The notes beneath the pieces are model-generated. The model did no database searches. It was not told the origin of the DNA and saw nothing but the letters and a program-made list of their open reading frames with translations. Of a DNA stretch of 32,149 bases, positions 1 through 8,469 are shown piece by piece. Source of the stretch: an uncultured Acetobacteraceae bacterium (GTDB lineage: Bacteria; Pseudomonadota; Alphaproteobacteria; Acetobacterales; Acetobacteraceae); contig CAXUIR010000001.1 of the NCBI GenBank assembly GCA_964251005.1, forward strand, positions 1 to 32,149, read 5' to 3'. The translations under genes and the position numbers were made by a program. Positions within the stretch are counted from its first letter, which is position 1, and the number at the start of each line of letters is the position of its first letter.

Positions 1-65
1 GCGACAGCAGGGATAAAAGTCTTTTGCTTCTTTTCTTCAGAAAAGAAGGCCTTGCCTTCCTTGCC
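1..65. repeat. Right half of cloverleaf repeat core (cut by window edge)
   Basis: GCGACAG...AAAAGTCTTTTG-CTTCTTTTCTTCAGAAAAGAAG-GCCTTGCC matches the right arm of the copies at 6553-6684 and 13365-13501. Confidence 0.85.
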
Positions 66-252
66 TAAAATCGAAGGATGCGTGTCCATTGCCGCTGGTG
101 TGATCGTCACCAGCGCTTGGGCGAACCGGGATCAGGTTGCAACGTCGCGACGATGATGGTCCACTTCACCTGCCCGGTTCAACGCTCTGAGGCGGATCGG
201 CAGTGTGGTTTGGCCCTCCCTCGGGCGCGCCGCGAAACGGAGACTGTGGCCT

Positions 253-2014
253 GTGCGCCTGTCTGACCTGAAACCCTACAACGCTGCCGGCGCAGATGCC
301 TCCAGACTGGCCGTGGCGGCCAACCTGGCCGGCATGCTGGCGGCTGCAGCGCTGGTGGCGTCGCGCGCGGGCGGCGGGTGGGCAGGCATGGCGCTGGCCG
401 TGGCCGCCTCGCTGGCCATCCTGGCGTCGGGCGCATGTGCCGCCACGTTGCTGGCTGCAGCGCGCGGGCTGCAACTGCGCGCGGAGCAGGACGGCGAAGC
501 GGCATCATCGCAGGCGGCACGCGGCCCTGACCGGCGGACCCGCTTGCACCGCCGGTGTGCTGCTGGCAGGCGCCTTCGTGCTGCTGGTCTACGAACGCCA
601 CCTGGCGCAGAGGCCAGCTTTCGATCAGCCGGAGTCGCCCAGCCTGGCCTACCTCGCCCGGGTGCCGCTTGCCGTGGCGATGATCTGCGGCCTCGGCTGC
701 CTGCTGCTGTATTTGGGCGTCGCGGCGGGCGCCTATGCCGGCCGGATCTCCGGCCTGCTCTGCCTTGCCGTGTCCGGCGAGATGGCGGTCCGCGCGTCGG
801 TGACGCTGTTCGTGCCGTTCCCGCCTTTGTCGGACGCCCGGTTGGTAACCGCCAGCACGGTCGCGCGCGGGCTGGTGCTGCGCCGTCCGCCCACCGTCAC
901 GGCGGCGATGCAGACCATGTTCGGCATCGACCTCGGGCGCAGCTGGGCGCTGGCGTTCATGCGCGCGGCGCTCGTGCCGGTGCTGGCCGTCCTCGTCCTG
1001 TTCGGCTGGGGACTGTCCGGCGTGGAGGCGCTCGGCGTGAACCAGCGCGCCATCTACGAACGGTTCGGCAAACCGGTGGCGGTGTTCGGCCCGGGCCTGC
1101 ACATCCGCCTGCCCTGGCCCGCCGGCCGGCTGCGCCCGGTCGAGTTGGGCGTGCTGCACGACGTCCCGATCGTCTTCGACGCGTCCGAGCACGGCCTGGC
1201 AGCCGCGCCGCCTCCTGCGGGGCTGCCCGACGCGGAAGCCGACCCGGGCGTCGCCGCGGACCGTCTGTGGGACGAGACGCACCCTTCGGAAGGCGCCTAC
1301 ATCGTGGCCAGCCTCTCGCGCGGGCAACAAAGCTTCGAAAGCGTCGACATCGACCTTCGGGTGGTCTACCGCGTTGGGCTGTCGGACGCGGCTGCGCTGC
1401 AGGCGGCGTTCGCCGTCAGCGACCCGCAACGCCTGGTGCAGGCACGCACCAGCCGCCTGCTGGCACGGTATTTCGCCCACCACACCCTGCCCGGCATGCT
1501 GGGCCCCGACCGCGCTGGCTTCGCCGGCGAGATCAGGACCGAGCTGCAGGCCGGCATGGACGCGGCGCGCTCCGGGCTAGACGTGGTCGCCGTGGTGGTC
1601 GAGGCGATCCACCCGCCGCCCGGGGCGGCCTCCGCCTACCACGCGGTGCAGGCCGAACAGATCGGCGCCCACACCGCCATCGCCGAGCAACAGGGACAGG
1701 CCGCCAAGGCAGAGGTCGATGCCAGGCGCGACGCCACGACGCTGCTCAACGCCGCGACCGCGAAGGCGCACGAGACGCTGGTCGACGCGCAGGTGCGCGC
1801 CATCGGCTTCGGGGCGGACCGGACGGCAGACGCCCGCGACCACGCCTCCTTCGTGCTGGAGCGGCGGTTGGACAAGCTTGCGGCGGGGCTTGCGCACCGG
1901 CAGCTGCTCATCGTGGACCACCGCCTGCAAGGTCCCAACGGGCCGACGCTGGACATGCGTCCCCCCGGACAGGGCGGCATCTTCCTGCCGCCGCCAACCA
2001 GCGAGCCACCCTGA
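253..2014 (+). pseudogene. Membrane SPFH/HflK-like protease-modulator protein with N-terminal TM region; apparent frameshift near 510-530
   Basis: GGAGA at 239-243 precedes GTG at 253. The hydrophobic N-terminus (VRLSDLKPYNAAG...LAVAASLAILASG) lies in the frame of ORF 205, while the remaining TM helices and the SPFH domain (QRAIYERFGKPVAVFGPGLHIRLPWP; IHPPPGAASAYHAVQA) lie in the frame of ORF 296..2014. The first ~75 aa of ORF 296 are not protein-like. Could be a sequence error rather than a true pseudogene. Confidence 0.65.
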
Positions 2015-2023
2015 GGAGACAGC

Positions 2024-3154
2024 GTGTTCGGGCACCACCACCACCACCACGACGATGACGATCACGGCCATGGGCACGGCCACGATCACCACGGTCACGA
2101 CCACGCTCACGAGCACGCGGGCGGCCACGGGACGGGCGGGACGCGGCTGCGCACGGCCGGGCGTTTCGTCGCGGCCGGCATGATCGCCGCCGTGGCCTTC
2201 TCTGCCGCCTGCCTGACGACCGTGGAACCGGGCCAGGCTCTGGTGGTGACCGCGTTCGGCAACCCGGTGCGCGTGCTGACGCAACCCGGGCTGGCGCTGC
2301 ACTGGCCGGCCCCGTTCGAGGCGATCGTGCCCGTCGACACCAGGCTGCGCACCACGTCCACCGGCCTACACGACGTGGGCACGCGCGACGGGCTGCGCAT
2401 CCTCGTGCAGGCCTACCTGGAGTGGCGCGTGCCGGCGGAGCCGCGGCAAATCGTCCAGTACCTGCGCGCGGTGCGCAACTCGCCGGACGAGGCGGCCGAA
2501 CAGCTGCGCAGCTATGTCGGCGCATCGCTGGAGGTGGCGACCGCCGGGTTCGACCTGAACCAGCTGGTCAACACCGATCCGGCGAAGGTTCAGCTGGCCG
2601 ACTACGAGCAGGCGCTGCGCGCCCGGCTGCAGACCCAGGTGCTGGCGACCTACGGCATCGACGTGCTGCAGGTGGGGATCGAGCGACTGACCCTGCCGGG
2701 CGAGACGCTGGAGGCGACGGTGGCGCGGATGACCGCCGAGCGGAACACCGTGGCGGCCAAGATCGGCGCGGAGGGCGACCGTGCTGCCGCGGAGATCCAC
2801 GCCAACGCCGATCGGGACGCGCGGATCGTGGTTGCCGACGCGCGCGCCGAAGCAGCTCGCGTGGAGGCGCAGTCCCGCCTGCGGGCGGCAGACATCTACG
2901 CAAGCGCTTACAGGAGCGCGCCCGAACTCTACACCATGCTGCGCTCGCTCGACACGCTGGACACCGTGGTGGGCGACAACACCAGGCTGATCCTGCGCAC
3001 GGATGCCGCACCTTTCCGCGCCTTTGTCGATGGGCCCGGTGCGGCTGGCCCGGCAACCCCTGCGGCGGCCGGCGGAACCAGACCGGCCGCGCCCGGCACC
3101 GCCGCACCGGTCGGAGCGGTGCAGCCCGCTTCGCCTTACGTCATGGGACGGTAG
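2024..3154 (+). CDS. HflC-like SPFH protein with His-rich N-terminus
   Basis: GAGGAG RBS and GTG start; TM helix followed by VVTAFGNPVRVLTQPGL, GIDVLQVGIERLTLP, RMTAER and PELYTMLRSL, which are HflC-type motifs. Confidence 0.9.
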   Translation: MFGHHHHHHDDDDHGHGHGHDHHGHDHAHEHAGGHGTGGTRLRTAGRFVAAGMIAAVAFSAACLTTVEPGQALVVTAFGNPVRVLTQPGLALHWPAPFEAIVPVDTRLRTTSTGLHDVGTRDGLRILVQAYLEWRVPAEPRQIVQYLRAVRNSPDEAAEQLRSYVGASLEVATAGFDLNQLVNTDPAKVQLADYEQALRARLQTQVLATYGIDVLQVGIERLTLPGETLEATVARMTAERNTVAAKIGAEGDRAAAEIHANADRDARIVVADARAEAARVEAQSRLRAADIYASAYRSAPELYTMLRSLDTLDTVVGDNTRLILRTDAAPFRAFVDGPGAAGPATPAAAGGTRPAAPGTAAPVGAVQPASPYVMGR

Positions 3155-3155
3155 G

Positions 3156-4229
3156 ATGGCCGGGCACGGCGCGACGCCGGCGGACCACGTGCACGCTCAG
3201 GCGGCGAGCGAGCCCGCCGGGCCATGGGCGCAATCGATCCAGCTGGCGTTCCGGGTGCTGTTCGGGCTGGTCATCCTCGCCGCCCTCGCATGGCCGTTCA
3301 CCAACATCCGGCAAATTCAGCCGGACAGCCGCGCCGTGGTGCTGCGGCTCGGCCGCGTGGTGCGCGTGCAAGGTGCCGGCCTGCTGCTCGCGTGGCCCAA
3401 GCCGATCGAGCGTGTCGAGCTGCTGCCCGCCGCCGAACGCCAGATCGAGTTCGACTTCGATCCGCTCCGCCCGCCCGCCGGGTCCGACGTTGCGTTGACC
3501 GAGTGGACGGTGGTGACCGAAGCGCGCCAGAACGCCGGCTTCTTCATGACCGGCGACGGCGTCATCCATCTGACCGCCGCGTTGTTCTACCGGATCGCCG
3601 ATCCCGCCGCCTACATGCTGCAGCAAGGCCACGTGGCCGCATCGCTGAAGGCGGTGACGCTGGCGAGCCTGGTCTCCCTGGCTGCCGCGCGCGACACGGA
3701 CACGCTCGTGGTAACACGTAGCGGCACCGGCCTCACGCAGGCCGACCGTGGCCGCCGGGAGCGCCTGCGCACGGATTTGGTGGCCGCCATCGACAGGCGC
3801 CTCGCCGACCTTCGCAACCAGGGCGCCAGCCTGGGGATCGAGGTCAGCCGCGTCGACCTCGGCACCGCGCTGCCGACCGGTGCGAAGGCGGCGTTCGAAG
3901 GCGTTCTGGTGGCCGCGCAGCAGGCCGACTACGTGGTGGCCGGCGCGCGCAGCGAGGCCGCCCGAGTTGAGCAGAAAGCGCAGCAGGACAGCACGGCCAT
4001 GCTGGACGACGCCCGCGCCGTGGCCGAAGAGCGCACTACCGCGGCAACCGCGCACACCGCATCGATACGCACGCTGGCGCACGCGGCAGACGGTGTCACC
4101 GGGGAGGCTCTGCTGACCAACATCTACAACGACCGCATGCGCACCCTGCTGCGGCAGGCCAAGACGGTGGACGCGTTCGATCCGCGGAGCGGCGCCCACC
4201 TGGTGCTGCCGGGGCAGACCGGGCCATGA
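3156..4229 (+). CDS. HflK-like SPFH protein
   Basis: ATG 1 nt after the upstream stop; TM helix, RAVVLRLGR...GLLLAWPKPIERV, C-terminal Ala/Glu-rich coiled coil; ATGA overlap with the next gene. Confidence 0.88.
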   Translation: MAGHGATPADHVHAQAASEPAGPWAQSIQLAFRVLFGLVILAALAWPFTNIRQIQPDSRAVVLRLGRVVRVQGAGLLLAWPKPIERVELLPAAERQIEFDFDPLRPPAGSDVALTEWTVVTEARQNAGFFMTGDGVIHLTAALFYRIADPAAYMLQQGHVAASLKAVTLASLVSLAAARDTDTLVVTRSGTGLTQADRGRRERLRTDLVAAIDRRLADLRNQGASLGIEVSRVDLGTALPTGAKAAFEGVLVAAQQADYVVAGARSEAARVEQKAQQDSTAMLDDARAVAEERTTAATAHTASIRTLAHAADGVTGEALLTNIYNDRMRTLLRQAKTVDAFDPRSGAHLVLPGQTGP

Positions 4230-6166
4230 GCGGCGCTACCGCCACCGCCGGCGGCCTGCCGTCCCACGCCCCCGCCCCGAAGGCGGCCGGCGGCGGCGCG
4301 CGCGGCCTGCTGAGCCTGAGCGAGCGTCGGGTGCTCGGCATCCAGCTGGTGCTGGCGATGTTCACCGCCGGCCTGCTGGTGATGGCCACCGCGCTGCAGT
4401 TCCTGGTGCCCACCCAGCCGGAATTGTCCGAACTGGTGGCGGGCCTTGCTGCCCTGCTGGTGGCGGTGCCGGCGATCACCGCCGCCTTCCACAGCCTGCG
4501 CCACCCGGACCTGCACGGGCTGACCGACCAGCTGGTGGCCCTCGCGGTGATCGCCGCCTGGGCGGAAGGCGACCTGTTCACCGCCGCGCTGCTGCCGCTG
4601 GTGATGACGGTAGGCCACGTGCTGGAGGAGCGGTCGCTGCTGGGCGGGCAGGAGGCACTGCGGGCGTTGCGCAAGCTGACCCAGACCAGTGCGCGCCGGC
4701 TACTGCCAGACGGTGCCGTGGAGGACGTTGCCACCGGTGCCCTCCACGTCGGCGACCTCATCGAGCTGCGTGCCGGCGACCGCACGCCGGCCGACGGCGT
4801 GGTGCGCACCGGCCATTCTAGCCTGGACAACGCGCCGATCACCGGGGAGTCGGTGCCTGAGGACGTGAGCCCCGGGGCGGCGGTGTTCAACGGGTCCATC
4901 AACCTGTCCGGCCTGCTGACGGTGGAGGTGACCCGCATCGGCGCTTCGACCACGCTCGGCCGGGTGGTCAGCCTGATGCAGCAGGCAGAGCGCGCGAAGC
5001 CGCCGGTCACCCGGCTGCTGGAGCGCTACGCCGGCCCCTACATGGTGCTCGTCCTGCTGCTGGCCGCCGGCGCCTGGTTCGCGACCGGCCTGGTCTCCAC
5101 GGCGCTGGCGGTGCTGGTGGCGTCCTGTCCCTGCGCGGTCGTGCTGGCCGCACCTGCCACCTCGATCGCGGCGATCGCGGTCGCCGCGCGGCACGGCATA
5201 CTGGTGAAAGGATCGGCGTTCCTCGAACAGCTCGCGTCCGTCAACTCGGTGGTGCTGGACAAGACCGGCACGGTGACCCTGGGCGAACTGCACCTGGTCG
5301 AGGCGGCTCCCGAGGCCGGCTTCACGCGCGAGGCGCTGCTCGGCATCGCCGGCTCGCTCGGCGCGGCCAGCACGCACCCGGTCTCCCGCGCGCTGGCTGC
5401 CATGGTGCAGTTTCCCGACCGGCTAGCGCTGGACGAGTTGCGTGAGTTGCCCGGCTTCGGCGTCACCGCCCAACATCAGGGCGCGATGCTGGCCATGGGA
5501 CGGCCGGAGATGTTCGCGGAACTGAGCATCGACGCCCCTCCGCCGCCGGAGCATGACGGGCCGATCGCTGGCGTGGCGCAAGGCGGGCGCTTCGCCGGCT
5601 GGCTGAAGTTGGCCGACGAGCCGCGGCCGGAAGCCCACGCGGCGCTTCTCGACCTGCGCAGGATGGGGCTGACGCGACAGTTGCTGTTGACCGGCGATCG
5701 GGCGGCCGTCGCCAGGCGGATTGCCGGCCTGCTGGGCATCCCGAACGTGCGTGCCGAGGCGTTGCCGCAGGAAAAGCTGGACGTGGTGCTGGCCGAGACC
5801 CGGGCCGGCTTCCGCCCAATGGTGGTGGGCGATGGAATTAACGACTCGCTCGCGCTCAAGGCCGGCGCCGTGGGTGTGGCGATGGGCGGGGCCGGCACTG
5901 ACGTGGCACTGGCCTCGGCAGACCTCGTGCTGATGACCAGCGATCTTCGCCGGCTCGCCACCTGCGTGCGGTTGAGCCGGCGCTGCCGCACCACCATCCA
6001 CGTCAACGTGGGGCTTGGGCTGGGCTGGACGGCGCTCATCATTGCCGTGGCGGCCACCGGCGCCCTGGGGGCGAGCGGTGCGCTGGTCGCCGCGGTGGCA
6101 CACAATTTGGGCACGTTGGCGGTGATGGCGAACGCGGGGCGGCTGCTGAAATTCCAGGAGGCCTAG
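4226..6166 (+). CDS. Heavy-metal P1B-type ATPase (SCPC motif; HmtA-like)
   Basis: TGES, ASCPCA, DKTGT, HP, TGD, GDGIND motifs and HNLGT in the last TM; no N-terminal CxxC metal-binding domain. Confidence 0.95.
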   Translation: MSGATATAGGLPSHAPAPKAAGGGARGLLSLSERRVLGIQLVLAMFTAGLLVMATALQFLVPTQPELSELVAGLAALLVAVPAITAAFHSLRHPDLHGLTDQLVALAVIAAWAEGDLFTAALLPLVMTVGHVLEERSLLGGQEALRALRKLTQTSARRLLPDGAVEDVATGALHVGDLIELRAGDRTPADGVVRTGHSSLDNAPITGESVPEDVSPGAAVFNGSINLSGLLTVEVTRIGASTTLGRVVSLMQQAERAKPPVTRLLERYAGPYMVLVLLLAAGAWFATGLVSTALAVLVASCPCAVVLAAPATSIAAIAVAARHGILVKGSAFLEQLASVNSVVLDKTGTVTLGELHLVEAAPEAGFTREALLGIAGSLGAASTHPVSRALAAMVQFPDRLALDELRELPGFGVTAQHQGAMLAMGRPEMFAELSIDAPPPPEHDGPIAGVAQGGRFAGWLKLADEPRPEAHAALLDLRRMGLTRQLLLTGDRAAVARRIAGLLGIPNVRAEALPQEKLDVVLAETRAGFRPMVVGDGINDSLALKAGAVGVAMGGAGTDVALASADLVLMTSDLRRLATCVRLSRRCRTTIHVNVGLGLGWTALIIAVAATGALGASGALVAAVAHNLGTLAVMANAGRLLKFQEA

Positions 6167-6360
6167 GCGGGATCAAGACGACCCGTCGCCTGCAATGATT
6201 TGTGAGATCAGACCGGCGCTGGCAGGGCGAGCAATCGTCCGAAGTGTTCAGCGGCGCCGGTAGCTGGCTTGGCAACGAGTTGGTGGATTGCATCCTTCCA
6301 ATCTGTAGATACGCACTGAGGAATTTCGCTTCTCAAGCACACGCATAACTAGAAAAACCC

Positions 6361-6519
6361 GGCCTGCTTTTTTGAGAAAAAGCAGCAAAAAACTTTTGTT
6401 CCTGCTGTCGCGAAAGTTCCTGCAGCGTGCACCCAAGGAAGCAAAAGTTTTTTGGTTCTTTTTTTCAAAAAAGAACCGCTTGCTTGTCTGTTACAAATCA
6501 GCACTCGGGATCCCTGGTA
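6361..6519. repeat. Cloverleaf repeat copy A
   Basis: CTGC-T6..A5-GCAG hairpin, AAAAAACTTTTG...CAAAAGTTTTTT stem and GGTTC-T7-C-A6-GAACC hairpin; ends CTGGTA. Confidence 0.9.
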
Positions 6520-6522
6520 TGA

Positions 6523-6714
6523 TACCAGTCGGCCTTGATGCTGACTCACGAAAAGCAAGCAGTCCTTTTTTGAAAAAAAGGACCAAAAAACTTTTGACTC
6601 CGCTGTCGCGCGCTCTTCGGATGAGTTTGCGACAGCGGAGACAAAAGTTTTTGCTTCTTTTTTTTTAAGAAAGCTTGCTTGCTTAGCAACGGTCAAACTC
6701 CAGGCCCATTGGTA
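6523..6714. mobile_element. Putative MITE: cloverleaf core in a TACCAGTCGGCCTTG / CAGGCCCATTGGTA shell (copy B)
   Basis: Imperfect terminal inverted repeats; whole element closely similar to 13338-13531 and to the reverse complement of 7991-8181. Confidence 0.75.
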
Positions 6715-6717
6715 TAA

Positions 6718-6865
6718 TACCAGCACGCGATGAGCCTGCACGCAGACATGCTGGCAGACCCAGGCCTCACCGTGGCGCAGGCGTCGGAGCAACGGCTTTT
6801 TTGCTTCTTTTCAAGAAAAAAGGCCTTCCTTGCCTTACGACTGTCAGCCTCAACGCGGGCTGGTA
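6718..6865. mobile_element. Putative MITE with second shell type (copy C, half core)
   Basis: Left end TACCAGCACGCGATGAG versus right end CTCAACGCGGGCTGGTA; flanked by TAA on both sides; reverse complement is similar to 9862-10077 and 17200-17415. Confidence 0.7.
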
Positions 6866-6989
6866 TAAGTCGCTTTTGCGCAGCCTTCCTGGATCGAAAC
6901 CGCCCTGCCCCCGGCAGACGCCGGTCTGCCGCAGACCTTGGCTCGTGCCCTACGTGTACGGTCATCGAACCTGGGGTGTCAGACTTGCT

Positions 6990-7006
6990 ATGTTATAGCG
7001 TAAGTC
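6990..7006. promoter_or_regulatory. Candidate Zur box
   Basis: ATGTTATAGCGTAAG resembles the TGTTATAnnATAACA Zur palindrome and lies just upstream of a ZnuA-like gene; the right half is degenerate. Confidence 0.45.
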
Positions 7007-7031
7007 GCAAGCTTTTCTGGTTTAGAGGGAA

Positions 7032-7910
7032 GTGGATGTCGTGAGTAACTCTTGCCTCATGTGCGTGATGGCGCTGTTGCTGCCCTGCTGCGCCCGCGCT
7101 GCACCGCCGCTGCGCGTTGTCGCCGCAGAGAACTTCTACGGCGACATTGCGCGGCAGATTGGCGGCAATGACGTCGCGGTCACGAGCATTCTCGCGAACC
7201 CGGATCAGGATCCGCATCTGTTCGAGGTGAGCCCGTCGGTGGCGCGCGCCGTCTCCGACGCCAGCCTCATCATCGAGAACGGCATCGATTACGATCCCTG
7301 GATGGATCGCCTGATCGAGGCGGCGCGGGTGCCGGCGAACCATGTCGTGATCGTGGCCGCTCTGACCGGACATCTCCCGGGCGACAACCCGCATATTTGG
7401 TATGATCCCGCGACGATGCCGGCACTCGCTCGCGCGTTGCAGGCAATCTTCGCGGCTGCCGATCCGGCGCACGCGGCAGGCTATGCGCAGCGTTTGACCC
7501 GTTTCGAAGCGACGATGCCGCTACTGCGAGGTAGGATTGCAGAGTTGCGACGAAAGCTAAACGGCGCACGGGTAACAGCGACCGAGCCGGTCTTCGGCTA
7601 CATGCTTGCCGCTTTGGGCTTGCAATCGCTAAACCAGCGCTTTCAGCTCGCGGTGATGAACGAGACGGAAGCGAGTGCGTCCGACGTTGCTGTTTTCGAG
7701 GATGATTTGCGGCACCACCGCGTTTGCATGTTGATCGTCAACCGCCAGGCGAGCAACGCGGTTGCGGACCGCATGAAAAGCATCGCCTTGGACGCGGGCG
7801 TTCCTGTCGTGGCCGCGTCGGAGATTGAGCCGAGAGGATCTGCTTACCAGCCGTGGATGCTGAGCGAGCTCGATGCGTTGGACAAGGCCGCGAACATTTC
7901 GACGCGGTGA
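7032..7910 (+). CDS. Zn/Mn ABC transporter substrate-binding protein (ZnuA/TroA family)
   Basis: Signal peptide; VVAAENFYGDIA, DPHLFE, NGIDYDPW and DNPHIWYDP motifs. Start could be 7041 or 7059. Confidence 0.92.
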   Translation: MDVVSNSCLMCVMALLLPCCARAAPPLRVVAAENFYGDIARQIGGNDVAVTSILANPDQDPHLFEVSPSVARAVSDASLIIENGIDYDPWMDRLIEAARVPANHVVIVAALTGHLPGDNPHIWYDPATMPALARALQAIFAAADPAHAAGYAQRLTRFEATMPLLRGRIAELRRKLNGARVTATEPVFGYMLAALGLQSLNQRFQLAVMNETEASASDVAVFEDDLRHHRVCMLIVNRQASNAVADRMKSIALDAGVPVVAASEIEPRGSAYQPWMLSELDALDKAANISTR

Positions 7911-7990
7911 ACTCTACCCGCGTGTCCGCGTGGTTGCGAGAAAGCAAGACATGACGGCCCGCCGTCGTGGCCGGTTGCCTGGCGGCCTGA

Positions 7991-8181
7991 GACCAACGGG
8001 CCTGAAGATTGACCGTTCCAATGCAAGCAATGCCTTATTTTTTTAAAAAAAGCAAAAACTTTTGCCTCCGCTGTCGCGGACTTACCCAGAGAGCGCGCGA
8101 CAGCGGAGTCAAAAGTTTTTTGGTCCTTTTTTCAAAAAGGACTGCTTGCTTTCTGTGAGTCAGCACCAAGACCGGCTAGCA
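7991..8181. mobile_element. Putative MITE copy D (inverted relative to B)
   Basis: GACCAACGGGCCTGAAGATTGACCG...cloverleaf...TGTGAGTCAGCACCAAGACCGGCTAGCA is the reverse complement of the copy B/I organisation. Confidence 0.8.
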
Positions 8182-8212
8182 TAAGTCTCGACCCTTCGAC
8201 GTCCGGCAAGAG

Positions 8213-8432
8213 AGCAAGGCCTGCTCTTTTGAAAAAGCAGCAAAAAACTTTTGGGCCTGCTGTCGCGGAGTTTCCCTCAGCGAGTACCCCAGGAAGCAAA
8301 AGTTTTTTGGTTCTTTTTTCCAAAAAAGAACCGCTTGCCTTACCTATCTCCGGTCATGGTTTTGGCCCGTTGATACTATCCAGGCCGACCTCGAGTTTTG
8401 GCTTTGCAAAAAAGACGGCCTTCCTGCCCTTT
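8213..8432. repeat. Cloverleaf copy E plus adjacent partial copy
   Basis: Core 8213-8342 is nearly the same as copy A; shell end GGCCCGTTGATA; then TCCAGGCCGACCTCGA and a half arm (GCAAAAAAGACGGCCTTCCTGCC). Confidence 0.85.
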
Positions 8433-8469
8433 GACTTTGCCTTGATACCCACAACGGAGACCTAGCCGC

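Noticed and set aside
135-152. Zur box upstream of the SPFH operon (GTTGCAACGTCGCGAC)
   Set aside because: Too GC-rich and too divergent from the consensus to support.
179-2058. Long alternative-frame and antisense ORFs (e.g. 179..1483, the 3' part of 205..2058, 11674..12930, 25057..26316)
   Set aside because: These are shadow ORFs expected in high-GC coding DNA over well-supported genes.
6361-6865. CRISPR array or integron attC interpretation of the repeats
   Set aside because: There are no constant 25-40 bp repeats with unique spacers, no cas or intI gene, and no clear RYYYAAC/GTTRRRY ends.
6911-6930. GC hairpin CGGCAGAC-GCCG-GTCTGCCG
   Set aside because: No U-tract and single occurrence; function cannot be supported.
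6248-7044. Short Lys/Phe-rich ORFs (KKRTKKLL, SFLLLFLKK), also at 8132-8465, 9660-10144, 13326-13799 and 17248-17490
   Set aside because: They are translations of the A/T-tract repeats in both orientations, with no RBS or coding bias; treated as spurious.
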